A stretch of DNA of 64,000 bases, from contig CANNDL010000001.1 of the NCBI GenBank assembly GCA_947503435.1, forward strand, positions 83,469 through 147,468. Direction: 5' to 3'. Below are positions 1 to 10,136 of this stretch, piece after piece. Position 1 is the stretch's first letter, and each line of letters starts with the position of its first letter. The notes below the pieces were generated by a model. It worked only from the letters and a program-made list of their open reading frames with translations, had not been told where the DNA came from and did not search any database. The position numbers and the translations under genes were made by a program. This stretch comes from an uncultured Kangiella sp. Lineage in GTDB: Bacteria > Pseudomonadota > Gammaproteobacteria > Enterobacterales > Kangiellaceae.

Positions 1-590
1 GTGGTACCTATACCAGCACCGAGTGTGCCCATTTCAGGGAAGCCGAAGTTGCCGAAAATTAAACAATAGTTTAAGAATATATTAATAGCATGCATCACCA
101 GTAGGGTGCGTAGGTAGAATTCGGTTCGTTTAATAGCACTCCAATAACCACGATAACTAAAGTTTAATCCAATAGCCCAAATTCCGGCAAAGCGTGCCTG
201 TAAGTAGGGTACGCCTTCTTTTAACAATTCAGGGTCGTTGTTCAAAAAACCTAATATTTCTGGGGCTAGAAAAAATAAGACGACACTTACTGGAATGGCG
301 GCGATGGTTATCATCATTAAGGCGCCATTGAGTGGGAATGCGGACTCGGATTTACGGTTTTCGCCCATGCGACGAGCAACCATTGCCTGAACGCCAGCGG
401 CAAAGCCCATGAAAAAGGCTACGGCCATAAAATTAATGAAACCCGCGATACCTATAGCAGCAATAGCCGCAGAACCTTGAGTGCCTACCATAGCAGCATC
501 TACTAGATTCAATACGTTTTGTGAAATCATTCCGCCAACGATAGGCAATGAAATTTGCAAAACTTGTAAGGAACGGTCTTTATTCAGCAA
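1..590 (-). CDS. MATE family efflux transporter (N-terminal part; runs off the left window edge)
   Basis: Manual translation from TTG at 590: (M)LNKDRSLQVLQISLPIVGGMISQNVLNLVDAAMVG...AMVARRMGE...NIFLNYCLIFGNFGFPEMGTLGAGIGT, which are typical MATE/NorM motifs. Confidence 0.88.
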   Translation of the reverse strand, partial: MLNKDRSLQVLQISLPIVGGMISQNVLNLVDAAMVGTQGSAAIAAIGIAGFINFMAVAFFMGFAAGVQAMVARRMGENRKSESAFPLNGALMMITIAAIPVSVVLFFLAPEILGFLNNDPELLKEGVPYLQARFAGIWAIGLNFSYRGYWSAIKRTEFYLRTLLVMHAINIFLNYCLIFGNFGFPEMGTLGAGIGT

Positions 591-689
591 AGGGGTTTAC
601 TTAGCTAATGGCTAGATTTTTATGTTGCAAACATTGTAGCAGTAATCGTTATTAGCGCGAGCAATTGTTTGTAAAGCTTCTGAAATACT

Positions 690-1820
690 TTATTTAATCA
701 GCTCCAAAGCTTCTTTTACGTATAACGATTCGGCCCCTACGATATCATTACCGCGAGTTTCTCCAAGTCGGACTACCACGAGCTCTTCATCTGGAATTAT
801 GATGATTCTTTGTCCTAAATGGCCACGAAAAGCATAATAAATCGGCTGGTGGTTTTGGTTAATCCAAGTGGAATAACCATAGTTTGAAACCTTGAAAGGC
901 TCACTCATTAACTGTACGAAAAAAGGGTCTAGTAATTGTTCTTCACCCCAACGGCCGTTTTGTAACATTAGTTGGCCGAACTTGGCGTAATTGCGGGCAT
1001 TCGTACTAATGCAGCAATAAGCCAGTTCCATTCCTTGATCATCGAGATGCCACAGTGCGTCGGCATTCATTCCCAGCGGCTGCCAAAATTTTTCACTCAA
1101 ATAGGATGAAAGTGTTAGGTTGGGATTTTTAGCTTTAAGGGCTCGGCTAAGCGCTACTGCTAGTAGTTGGGTCGAAGCACTAGAGTAGTAAAAAGTATCT
1201 TCAGGCTTAGAACTGAAAGTGCCGGAAACAACGAAGTCCTCTACGTCGTCGCCATACAATAATTCTACCGTTGGGCTAAATGGGCTGTAATAGTGTTCTT
1301 CCCACTGGTAACCAGAAGTCATGGTGGATAATGATCCGATTGTGGCTAATTTTCCATTAACATCACTTTTAAATTCAGGTAAAAAATCAGTTATCGGCTG
1401 GTTAAGACTGTCGATGTAACCTTCCTCAATAGCTTTACCAAGCATAAGAGTAATGATGGTCTTGGCCATCGAAAAAGAGTTGGTCTTACTCTCTTTGGTA
1501 TATTCCTTAAAATAATTCTCACTAACTAATTTACCTTTGTGAATAACCAAAAATGCGACTGCATTGTGTTGCTTCAAATAAGTCTCAAGGGAATTAGAAA
1601 TTGGTAACGGATCATTTGCTGATTGTTCCCAAGGAATAACAGTGGCACTTTTGATAACTCTCGTATCAAACTGCTTATGATCATTTATGTTTGCGGTGAC
1701 ATTGCCTACTAAATAGGTTCGAGAAATCGCTGTTAAAATATAACCGTGGCCCGTGATCAGCAACGCAAAAATTAAGGTTAGTATGAAGATCAATAAAACA
1801 GTAAAGAATTTTTTCATCAT
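690..1820 (-). CDS. Serine hydrolase, beta-lactamase class C/AmpC-like family, N-terminal membrane anchor
   Basis: SxxK motif (SFSMAKT), YxS (YYSSAST), LSEKFWQPLGM, FRGHLGQ. Confidence 0.85.
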   Translation of the reverse strand: MMKKFFTVLLIFILTLIFALLITGHGYILTAISRTYLVGNVTANINDHKQFDTRVIKSATVIPWEQSANDPLPISNSLETYLKQHNAVAFLVIHKGKLVSENYFKEYTKESKTNSFSMAKTIITLMLGKAIEEGYIDSLNQPITDFLPEFKSDVNGKLATIGSLSTMTSGYQWEEHYYSPFSPTVELLYGDDVEDFVVSGTFSSKPEDTFYYSSASTQLLAVALSRALKAKNPNLTLSSYLSEKFWQPLGMNADALWHLDDQGMELAYCCISTNARNYAKFGQLMLQNGRWGEEQLLDPFFVQLMSEPFKVSNYGYSTWINQNHQPIYYAFRGHLGQRIIIIPDEELVVVRLGETRGNDIVGAESLYVKEALELIK

Positions 1821-1834
1821 CGATAATTTGTTAA

Positions 1835-3325
1835 TTAACTGGAATAAATTTGTTTTAATATTTCTGAATGCTTTGGCATAGAATTGACTTTTTGCTGGAT
1901 TTGCCCTTTTAAAGCGGTTAATAAAAACTCGATATCTTTATCGGTAAACTGATCAAGCTTGGAATCGTAAGATTGTGGGTAAACACCTTGGCCAATTAAC
2001 ACTGCCAACCAATTGTCTTTTAAGAATAATTCATATTCTCTTTCATGAATTTGGCCCGTTCTTTGGAATAAATCCATTCGCTCTTGCAAAGAATCAGGAA
2101 CTTCAATGTTTCTGCAGTAATTCCAAAACTCTGAATCGTCACGCTGACTAGTTTTGTAATGTAAGATTAAGAAGTCCTTTACTTGATCAAATTGTATATT
2201 CATTTCTTGGTTATATTGATTAACTAAATCTTTACTGATCCCATTAACAGGGAAGTATTTAATTAGCTTCATTACCGAAGTTTGGATTAAATGAATACTG
2301 GTCGATTCTAACGGCTCCAAAAATCCGCTCGAGAGCCCTACAGCTATACAGTTTTTAACCCAAGATCTTTCCCTTTTACCAGTTCTAAATTTAATATGAT
2401 TAGGGGAGGAAGTTAATTCGCCTGAAATATGTTTTTTTAGATGAGACTCTGCATCATTTTCATTTATGTAGTCGCTACAATAAACATAACCATTGCCCAT
2501 TCTATGATTCAAAGGGATTTGCCATTGCCAACCATATTCATGAGCGATTGCTTTGGTATAAGGTGCCGCTTCAGCAATTAGTTCAGATTGAATGGCTACA
2601 GCCCGATCACAAGGAAGCCATTTTTTCCAATCAATAAATTTAGAACCAAGAGCGTCACCGATTAATAAACTTCTGAACCCTGTGCAGTCAATAAACAAGT
2701 CGCCTTCTAGCAACTCACCACTTTCTAAAGTGATGGATTCAATAAATCCTGATTCGGCATTCTGGTTTACGCTAGTTACCATAGCCTCAAGCTTGGAGAC
2801 ACCTTTTTGTACTGAGTAATTTTCCAGATAGTCGGCGTAGAGAGATGCATCAAAATGGTATGCATAAAAATAAGTAGATTCAATATCTCGAGGATCTTTG
2901 CTAGGAATTTTAAACTTGTTATTCCTGGCAGCCATATAACCTAGAGAGTACTGTCCCATTTCTTCTTTAGACTGTATTATTTCGGTTTTAGTTAGAAAGT
3001 CGTGAAAGTTAACACCTTTAATACTTTGTCCAAAAAAACTAAAGGGGTGAATGTAGCTATCACCTAGTTTAGTCCAGTCAATAAATTCAATCCCAAGCTT
3101 AAAGGTTGCGTTGGTTTTCTTGATGAAATCATTCTCATCAATACCTAAAGAATTATTAAATTCTACAATTCCAGGAATTGTGGCCTCGCCAACTCCAACG
3201 GTGCCAATACGCTTAGATTCTACTAAGTTGATTTCGAACATTTGAGGATTTAAGGCATTTGATAAAGCTGCTGCGGACATCCACCCAGCGGTTCCGCCGC
3301 CGACAATTATTATTTTCTTTTTCAT
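1835..3325 (-). CDS. Flavin-dependent tryptophan halogenase family protein
   Basis: GGGTAGW FAD motif, GVGEATIP, ATFKLGIEF (catalytic Lys position), WQWQIPL (WxWxIP), FLEPLESTSI. Confidence 0.9.
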   Translation of the reverse strand: MKKKIIIVGGGTAGWMSAAALSNALNPQMFEINLVESKRIGTVGVGEATIPGIVEFNNSLGIDENDFIKKTNATFKLGIEFIDWTKLGDSYIHPFSFFGQSIKGVNFHDFLTKTEIIQSKEEMGQYSLGYMAARNNKFKIPSKDPRDIESTYFYAYHFDASLYADYLENYSVQKGVSKLEAMVTSVNQNAESGFIESITLESGELLEGDLFIDCTGFRSLLIGDALGSKFIDWKKWLPCDRAVAIQSELIAEAAPYTKAIAHEYGWQWQIPLNHRMGNGYVYCSDYINENDAESHLKKHISGELTSSPNHIKFRTGKRERSWVKNCIAVGLSSGFLEPLESTSIHLIQTSVMKLIKYFPVNGISKDLVNQYNQEMNIQFDQVKDFLILHYKTSQRDDSEFWNYCRNIEVPDSLQERMDLFQRTGQIHEREYELFLKDNWLAVLIGQGVYPQSYDSKLDQFTDKDIEFLLTALKGQIQQKVNSMPKHSEILKQIYSS

Positions 3326-3369
3326 TATATGTTTTATTTTGCTACTTGAGACTCATATTACTACCATCT

Positions 3370-4086
3370 TTAGGTTTTTGCCAAGCACCAAATATCAACC
3401 CGCTCAGCACCATGGTTTAAGCATTCATTGGTGGCTTCTGTAATGGTGGTGCCCGTGGTTACTACATCGTCAATTAGTACAACATGCATAGGAAGAGGGT
3501 TGTTTATTTTGAAAGCCCCCTTTAAATTTTTTCTGCGTTTAATTGCTTTTAAACCGATTTGATGTGGCGTATTTTTGACTCTTACAATCGCTTGCTCCTT
3601 ATTGGGTATTCCAAAGCAATGGCTCAGTTGTTGTGCGATCAAACTCGATTGATTAAAACCTCGTTCTGCGAGTCGTTTATGATGTAGCGGGATGGGGATA
3701 ATCATCTGAGGCAAATAGTCACTTTGGTAAGCGATTGAAATTTTAGCTGCCAGTAAATCGGTCAATGCTTTTCCTAAGTGCAGTTGACGATTGAATTTGA
3801 AGCGGCTTATTGCTCGGTTGACAGGAAAATCATAATGACAAGCTGCAATTAATCGATGATAGGGCTTGGGTGATTTTATGCAAACGCCACAACGTTGGTC
3901 AGCGTTAGAAGTGGTTATTGCTTCACTACATTGAAAGCAAGAACCGCTGTCGGATTTTAATGCTATTACGCAGACTGAACATATAGGTTGCTTGCTTGAG
4001 GATAAACCACAAAAGACGCAGGAATGACCAGCTAGAATTCTATTGGCTGAGCGCCTAAAAACAGGGTAAAATCGCTTGTAAACCAT
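3370..4086 (-). CDS. comF: ComF/GntX family protein (double zinc ribbon plus phosphoribosyltransferase-like domain)
   Basis: CxxC pairs, PIPLHHKRLAERGFNQS, LIDDVVTTGTT; divergent from bioB, a layout common in gammaproteobacteria. Confidence 0.88.
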   Translation of the reverse strand: MVYKRFYPVFRRSANRILAGHSCVFCGLSSSKQPICSVCVIALKSDSGSCFQCSEAITTSNADQRCGVCIKSPKPYHRLIAACHYDFPVNRAISRFKFNRQLHLGKALTDLLAAKISIAYQSDYLPQMIIPIPLHHKRLAERGFNQSSLIAQQLSHCFGIPNKEQAIVRVKNTPHQIGLKAIKRRKNLKGAFKINNPLPMHVVLIDDVVTTGTTITEATNECLNHGAERVDIWCLAKT

Positions 4087-4109
4087 AATTCCTTTTGTTT
4101 GGTTGACAA
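4076..4109. promoter_or_regulatory. BirA (biotin repressor) operator
   Basis: TTGTAAACC-16 nt-GGTTGACAA upstream of bioB; matches the E. coli bioO architecture TTGTAAACC-N16-GGTTTACAA with one mismatch. Confidence 0.85.
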
Positions 4110-4239
4110 CTTCAGGTTGTAATACAAACCAGCGTTAAAGTAAAAATTAGTTATTTATCAAGTGTTTACTAGAGAATTTCTAGTTCCTTTTAGAAATTCC
4201 CTCTACTTGTTATGGCTATATAATAAGGTAAAAAAGACG

Positions 4240-5295
4240 ATGAGCAAACCGGTAAATTTAGATATTTTAAACAGCGGCCAAGTCCGTAATGATTGGTCAA
4301 TAACAGAGATTGAAGCGATTTATAATCAGCCTTTTAACGATCTGCTGTTTGCTGCTCAATCGATTCATCGCCAGCATTTCAATCCAAATGAAGTTCAAAC
4401 GAGTACTTTATTGAGCATTAAAACCGGTGCTTGCCCTGAAGATTGTGCTTATTGTCCGCAGTCGGGGCATTACAATACCGGGCTTTCTAAAGAGCAGTTA
4501 ATGGCCATTGATGAAGTGATTTCGAAAGCGCAACAAGCCAAGAAAAATGGCGCAACACGTTTCTGTATGGGGGCTGCATGGCGCTCGCCGCGTGAAAAAG
4601 ATTTAAGCGTAGTGCTTGAGATGGTCAAGCAGGTTAAATCCATGGGATTAGAAACGTGCGTCACATTAGGCATGTTAACCGACGAGCAAGCCAGCCAGTT
4701 GGCGGATGCGGGTTTGGATTATTACAATCACAACCTTGATACCTCTCCAGAGTATTACCAGCAAATTATCACAACTAGAACATATGAAAATCGTTTGGAC
4801 ACGCTGCAAAATGTGCGTGATGCAGGTATCAATGTCTGTTCTGGCGGAATTATCGGAATGGGAGAGCAAACTCAAGATCGTTATGGTCTAATCCAGCAAC
4901 TGGCTAATATGCCAGAGCATCCTCAATCTGTTCCCATCAATATGTTAGTAGCGGTAGAAGGTACGCCATTAGGTGAAGTTGAGAAGTTAGATTCTATTGA
5001 TTTCGTCCGGATGATTGCGACTGCTAGAATCGTCATGCCCAAATCGTATGTACGCTTATCGGCAGGTCGTGAAGATATGAATAAAGAAACTCAGACCTTG
5101 TGTTTTACAGCGGGCGCTAACTCAATTTTCTATGGTGAAAAACTCTTAACCACTGCTAATCCTGAAGCAGAAGCGGATATGCAATTGTTTAAACAGTTAG
5201 GAATTAAACCTGAAGGTTCAGAAGTTTCCGCAGAAGAATTAACAGTTCCAGTGCCGGAAAAGAAAGAGATGTTTTACGACGCTACTCAAGCTTAG
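4240..5295 (+). CDS. bioB: Biotin synthase (radical SAM)
   Basis: [11 protein letters not shown] cluster motif, [31 protein letters not shown]; the ATG at 4240 is preferred over the ORF-track start at 4162. Confidence 0.97.
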   Translation: MSKPVNLDILNSGQVRNDWSITEIEAIYNQPFNDLLFAAQSIHRQHFNPNEVQTSTLLSIKTGACPEDCAYCPQSGHYNTGLSKEQLMAIDEVISKAQQAKKNGATRFCMGAAWRSPREKDLSVVLEMVKQVKSMGLETCVTLGMLTDEQASQLADAGLDYYNHNLDTSPEYYQQIITTRTYENRLDTLQNVRDAGINVCSGGIIGMGEQTQDRYGLIQQLANMPEHPQSVPINMLVAVEGTPLGEVEKLDSIDFVRMIATARIVMPKSYVRLSAGREDMNKETQTLCFTAGANSIFYGEKLLTTANPEAEADMQLFKQLGIKPEGSEVSAEELTVPVPEKKEMFYDATQA

Positions 5296-5328
5296 TTTCT
5301 CTAATAGAATTTAGTTAACACTGTATTT

Positions 5329-6495
5329 GTGATGTTGAATAAGTTGCAACAACGTTTGCGGGAACGCCAAACGCAAGAGCTTATGCGTCAAAGATTGACT
5401 TGTGAAAGTCCTCAATCAGTTCAAGTGAAAGTGGCCGGAAACTCTTATTTAAACTTTAGTAGTAACGATTACTTAGGCCTGGCTAACCACCCTAAAATGA
5501 TCGAGGCTATAACTAAAGCGGCCAAACAGTATGGTGTAGGCAGTGGCGCTTCGCATTTGATTGTTGGTCATAGCCGTGAACATCATGCTTTAGAAGAAGA
5601 ATTGGCAGCATTTTTAGGTTGTGAAAGGGCACTTCTTTTTTCTACCGGTTTTATGGCGAACTTAGGTGTTTTAACCTCGCTATTAGATAAGAATGATCTA
5701 CTGGTTCAGGATAAATTAAATCATGCGTCTTTGATTGACGGTGGCTTAGCTAGCGCTGCAAAAATGATCCGTTATGCACATAACGATATGGCATCATTAA
5801 AACGCCAGCTTAATGCTAAGGCGGAAGCTAAATTAATCGCAAGCGACGGTGTTTTTAGCATGGATGGCGATATGCCGCAGTTAGCTGAAATTATTGAAAT
5901 AAAGCAGCAATTTAAAGCTAGCTTAATGATTGATGACGCACATGGTTTTGGTGTGCTTGGTGAAACGGGTAAGGGTTCTTTGGAGCACTTTGTATTGCCG
6001 CAAGCTGAAGCCGATATTTATATGGCTACTTTTGGGAAGGCACTGGGTGGCTTTGGAGCTTTTGTAGCCGGTTCAAGCCTTTTAATTGAAAGCTTGATGC
6101 AGTTTGCTCGAAGTTATATTTACACCACAGCTATGCCACCAGCGGTAGCAGCAGCAAACCGCATGGGACTAAAGTTGGTTCAGAGTGAGTCAGAGAGAAG
6201 GGTAAGACTTAAAGACAATATCCGTTATTTTAGGGCTCTAGCAAAGCAAAACAAGCTTCCCTTGATGGATTCTGAAACAGCGATACAGCCTTTGTTGCTT
6301 AAGCAGAGCAATATAGCAATAAAAATAAGTAATGAATTAAAAGAGTCTGGCATTTTGGTTCTGGCTATTAGGCCACCCACTGTACCAGCAAACTCTGCCA
6401 GACTTCGTATTACTTTAAGCGCGGAACATAATAAATCGCAAATAGAAGAATTAATTGAGCGATTAACAGAATCATTAAAAAAAATAGAATTATAG
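5329..6495 (+). CDS. bioF: 8-amino-7-oxononanoate synthase
   Basis: NFSSNDYLGL, DKLNHASLIDG, DGVFSMDGD, DDAHGFG, TFGKALG, RPPTVP. Confidence 0.96.
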   Translation: MMLNKLQQRLRERQTQELMRQRLTCESPQSVQVKVAGNSYLNFSSNDYLGLANHPKMIEAITKAAKQYGVGSGASHLIVGHSREHHALEEELAAFLGCERALLFSTGFMANLGVLTSLLDKNDLLVQDKLNHASLIDGGLASAAKMIRYAHNDMASLKRQLNAKAEAKLIASDGVFSMDGDMPQLAEIIEIKQQFKASLMIDDAHGFGVLGETGKGSLEHFVLPQAEADIYMATFGKALGGFGAFVAGSSLLIESLMQFARSYIYTTAMPPAVAAANRMGLKLVQSESERRVRLKDNIRYFRALAKQNKLPLMDSETAIQPLLLKQSNIAIKISNELKESGILVLAIRPPTVPANSARLRITLSAEHNKSQIEELIERLTESLKKIEL

Positions 6496-6506
6496 AAGGT
6501 CATTAA

Positions 6507-7292
6507 GTGTCGAAACTAAAACCGTATATTGAATCACATGGCGTTGGACCTGATTTGGTGTTGTTACATGGTTGGGGGCTACACTCCGGCATTTGGGAAC
6601 TTTTGTTAGAGGATTTAAGTCAGCACTTTAGAGTGCATTTGATAGATTTGCCGGGTTTTGGCCGTTCACCGGTTCCGAGTGCCGACTATAGTTTGTCGTT
6701 GTTAACTGAACAGGTGTTAAAAGTAGCACCGAAGAATGCCTTTTACTTAGGTTGGTCATTGGGTGGGGTGGTTGCGACCAATATAGCGATACAAAACCCT
6801 GAGCGAGTAGCAAAGTTGATCACTGTAGCTTCTAACCCAAAATTTGTGCAAAGTGATGATTGGCATACAGGTATGAAAGGCAATGTGATGGACTCTTTTT
6901 GTCGGTTTTTGGAAGAGGATTATCAAGGGACTATTATTCGGTTTTTGGCAATCCAAGCAATGGGCAGTGAAACCCAAAAAGAAGATATAAAATTTTTAAA
7001 AGATACGGTATTTGTTCATGGTACACCTGCCACTAAAGCTTTACGAGGTGGTCTTGCCATGCTTAACGATATTGATTTAAGGGCAAAGTTAAACGAATTA
7101 TCCATGCCTCGAACGCGTCTATATGGGCGTTTAGATTCTCTGGTACCTAATAAAACAGCTCAAGCAATTAAAGAGCTTGATCCTGAAAGCAGCTTTAAAA
7201 TCTATCCAAAAGCTAGTCATGCGCCATTCTTAACAAATAGAGCTGAGTTCACTTCAGACGTTATAGAATTTTTGAGAGGCGAGTTGGATTAA
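6507..7292 (+). CDS. bioH: Pimeloyl-ACP methyl ester carboxylesterase
   Basis: LLHGWG, DLPGFG, GWSLGG nucleophile elbow, SHAPF; position in the bio operon. Confidence 0.95.
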   Translation: MSKLKPYIESHGVGPDLVLLHGWGLHSGIWELLLEDLSQHFRVHLIDLPGFGRSPVPSADYSLSLLTEQVLKVAPKNAFYLGWSLGGVVATNIAIQNPERVAKLITVASNPKFVQSDDWHTGMKGNVMDSFCRFLEEDYQGTIIRFLAIQAMGSETQKEDIKFLKDTVFVHGTPATKALRGGLAMLNDIDLRAKLNELSMPRTRLYGRLDSLVPNKTAQAIKELDPESSFKIYPKASHAPFLTNRAEFTSDVIEFLRGELD

Positions 7293-8128
7293 TGGTTAAT
7301 CATATTGAAGCTAAAGATGTTGCCAACTCTTTTAGTAAAGCAGCTCGCTCCTATGATGAAGCTGCATTTTTTCAAAGAATCGCAGCGGATAGGCTGTTAG
7401 AACGATTAGACTATTTTAAGTTAGAGCCTAAAAAGATTTTAGATATTGGTTCTGGGACGGGTTATTGCAGTCGGGAACTAAAAAAACGATTTCCTACAGC
7501 CAATGTTACGGGTGTTGATATTGCAAAAGGGATGATTGACTACAGTAGTCAGCAATCCAAAACAGAAGATTATATCTGTGCAGATGCATTGAGTTTACCT
7601 TTCGAGAGTAATAGTGCGGATTTAATTTTTTCTAACTTAACCATTCAGTGGATTGAGCAGCTGGATGCATTATTTAAAGAATTCCACCGAGTATTAAACC
7701 CAAATGGCCTTTTGTTGTTTACCAGCTTAGGCCCTGATACTTTGTATGAGCTTAAACAAAGCTGGCAAGCCATTGATGACTATAAACATGTTAATGATTT
7801 TATGGATATGCACCATTTAGGCGATGCCATGCTAAATGCGGCTATGCTTGACCCTGTAGTTGATAATGAGCCAGTGGTAATTGGCTACAATCAAGCACTT
7901 GAGCTTATGCGAGATTTGAAGAACATTGGTGCACACAATATAGATAAGCAGAGAAAATCTGGACTAACTAGCCCAAGGATAATTAAGAAACTTGAGTTAG
8001 AGTATCAAAAATTTAAGATGGAAAACGGTGAGTTACCAGCGACTTACGAGTTAATTTACGGGCACGCATTTGCACGGGAAGAAGTGCCCTTAGAATATCA
8101 CGAGTATGGGTTAGAACTTAGCAGTTAA
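7292..8128 (+). CDS. bioC: Malonyl-ACP O-methyltransferase
   Basis: SFSKAARSYD, LDIGSGTG, FTSLGPDTLYEL, HVNDF, LKNIGAHN. Confidence 0.94.
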   Translation: MVNHIEAKDVANSFSKAARSYDEAAFFQRIAADRLLERLDYFKLEPKKILDIGSGTGYCSRELKKRFPTANVTGVDIAKGMIDYSSQQSKTEDYICADALSLPFESNSADLIFSNLTIQWIEQLDALFKEFHRVLNPNGLLLFTSLGPDTLYELKQSWQAIDDYKHVNDFMDMHHLGDAMLNAAMLDPVVDNEPVVIGYNQALELMRDLKNIGAHNIDKQRKSGLTSPRIIKKLELEYQKFKMENGELPATYELIYGHAFAREEVPLEYHEYGLELSS

Positions 8129-8853
8129 GACTCGCTAGGATTGCCAGAAAGTTTTATCACTTTATTATTTTCAGCTAATTTTTCAGCGTGTTCATCAACC
8201 AGCTTTTTGGCTTTTTCCATTTGCGATTCGTGTAAGAAATTACGCAAAGTTTGAAACTCGGTTCGGTAAAAATCACGTTCACTACGGAGGTTGTCTGCGT
8301 TTTTACTCATAGTCTGGTTTGCTTGAACTAAGCGCTTATGACTTTTCTTTAAATGTTCAAATTCAGCCAAATAATTTTCCTGAAAGCTATCTATCTTTTT
8401 ATCGGCTTCTTTTTGGATATCCAGCATGGTTTGTTCGTAATGATTCTTTTGTGCCTGCGACTCTAGCTCATATTCTTTCTGATTATTAGCGATGGTTTGC
8501 ATGGCGTTTAAATAGTCATGCTGTGTTTTTTCAAAGTTAGCTTGCGATTGAGTTAAGCTTTTTTGAGAATCATTGTAATCATGGCGCAAATCAGTATGAC
8601 GGGTAGATAAGTCTTGTAATGATGCTTTCAATTCGTCATGAGCTTCGGATTTAGCATCGAGCAACTTTTGCTTTTTGGCGATGTTTTTAGTGTTTTTTTC
8701 TAAGACTTGCTTTAATTCATCAACTTTAGATTCTAATTGGCGGACTAAGGCATGTTTTAGAGCAGCAAACACAACGGCGATTACAAGGCCGGCAATAATA
8801 AGTACGCCTAATAAAAGGATGTTGTTCGAAAAAAAATTTGATGCTGATTCCAT
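8125..8853 (-). CDS. Hypothetical protein: single N-terminal TM helix followed by a long coiled coil
   Basis: 242-aa ORF; hydrophobic residues ~12-32, then heptad-rich Q/E/K helix; stop codon overlaps the bioC stop. Confidence 0.7.
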   Translation of the reverse strand: MESASNFFSNNILLLGVLIIAGLVIAVVFAALKHALVRQLESKVDELKQVLEKNTKNIAKKQKLLDAKSEAHDELKASLQDLSTRHTDLRHDYNDSQKSLTQSQANFEKTQHDYLNAMQTIANNQKEYELESQAQKNHYEQTMLDIQKEADKKIDSFQENYLAEFEHLKKSHKRLVQANQTMSKNADNLRSERDFYRTEFQTLRNFLHESQMEKAKKLVDEHAEKLAENNKVIKLSGNPSES

Positions 8854-8961
8854 AAATTCTATAATTTACCTTATTTAGTCAATTCCAGTGTATATCCATG
8901 TGATAAAATTCGAAAGTCACAAGGCTACAATTCGACACAATTAATCTAAATTTACCAATTA

Positions 8962-9648
8962 GTGCACACAATGACAAAGACTTATTTCATAACTGGAACC
9001 GATACCGAAGTTGGAAAAACATACGCCACTAGATTGATGGTAACTGCTTTAGCTAATGCAGGTTATAAAGTTGCCGGGTTGAAACCTATTGCTTCAGATA
9101 GCCAAAAGGGCACTTATGGTGATTATAAAGGGCTAATTAATGATGATGCTAAGCAGCTATTGGAAGCATCGAATGTTGATTTGGGGTATCAGCAAGTGAA
9201 CCCATTAGTATTTGCTGATCCCATAGCGCCGCATATCGTTGCTGAGCGTCAAGAAGTGGCTTTGAGCAGTAAGCTTTTATCCCAAGTAGTGAGAGTGCCC
9301 TACGCTGATTTGGTACTAATTGAAGGTGCCGGAGGTTGGCTGACACCACTTAATCGAACAGAAACGTATGCTGATTGGGTAACAGAAGAATCATTAGATG
9401 TGATTCTAGTAGTAGGTATGAAGTTGGGCTGTTTAAACCATGCCCAACTTACAGTTCAAGCGATTGAAGCTAAGGGGTTGAAGTTGGTTGGTTGGGTAGC
9501 CAATCAAATAGAAAGTGATATGAACGCATATCAGCAAAACCTTGATTGGCTAAAACAAAATTTAAAAGCTCCACTATTGGCTGAAATTGAATACCAACAA
9601 AGTGATAGCGATTTTAAAATACAATCGCTAGAAAAATTAGCCTTATAA
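8962..9648 (+). CDS. bioD: Dethiobiotin synthase
   Basis: FITGTDTEVGKT, KPIASD, IAPHI, IEGAGGW, GMKLGCLNHA. Confidence 0.96.
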   Translation: MHTMTKTYFITGTDTEVGKTYATRLMVTALANAGYKVAGLKPIASDSQKGTYGDYKGLINDDAKQLLEASNVDLGYQQVNPLVFADPIAPHIVAERQEVALSSKLLSQVVRVPYADLVLIEGAGGWLTPLNRTETYADWVTEESLDVILVVGMKLGCLNHAQLTVQAIEAKGLKLVGWVANQIESDMNAYQQNLDWLKQNLKAPLLAEIEYQQSDSDFKIQSLEKLAL

Positions 9649-10086
9649 TTATTGGATGAAATTACGGCCAGATACTTTTTCACATTGATTCTGGACACAC
9701 TGAACATTGGGTTCAATCTCCATAGCGCAGATACTCATAACTTGGTTTTCTTTATTATAAGTTTTGTTTAACGTTTCTAACTGTTGTGCAAGTGATTTTA
9801 ATTTTTGTACATCAGTATTTCTTGGCGCGTAAGCTTGGTAACTTTCCGGGCCACCACATGCTCTAGCTCCCAAGGCAATTGTTGCGCAATCAGAATGCGC
9901 TTCACAGCTCTTATCTTCAATTAATGAATTAATGTCATCATATAAAGATTTTAATCCTTCTTTGCTCGCTTTGTAGCTTGTTTGGCCGGCATTGCTATTA
10001 GTATTTTCGCTGTTGGGACAGCCCAAAAGGGTTAAGCTTGTTAGAAGTAATAGGCTAGTTATTATATTTTTCATTGGCTTGCTCAT
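9649..10086 (-). CDS. Hypothetical Cys-rich lipoprotein
   Basis: Lipobox LLGC; C-x5-C...GARACGGP...C...C...C pattern. Confidence 0.7.
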   Translation of the reverse strand: MSKPMKNIITSLLLLTSLTLLGCPNSENTNSNAGQTSYKASKEGLKSLYDDINSLIEDKSCEAHSDCATIALGARACGGPESYQAYAPRNTDVQKLKSLAQQLETLNKTYNKENQVMSICAMEIEPNVQCVQNQCEKVSGRNFIQ

Positions 10087-10136
10087 TGTTTAACGATTGC
10101 CTAATATTGAACCACCTAGATAAATTTTTCAATCTT

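Noticed and set aside
8907-8929. CRP-like TGTGA...TCACA upstream of bioD
   Set aside because: The spacer is 13 nt rather than 6
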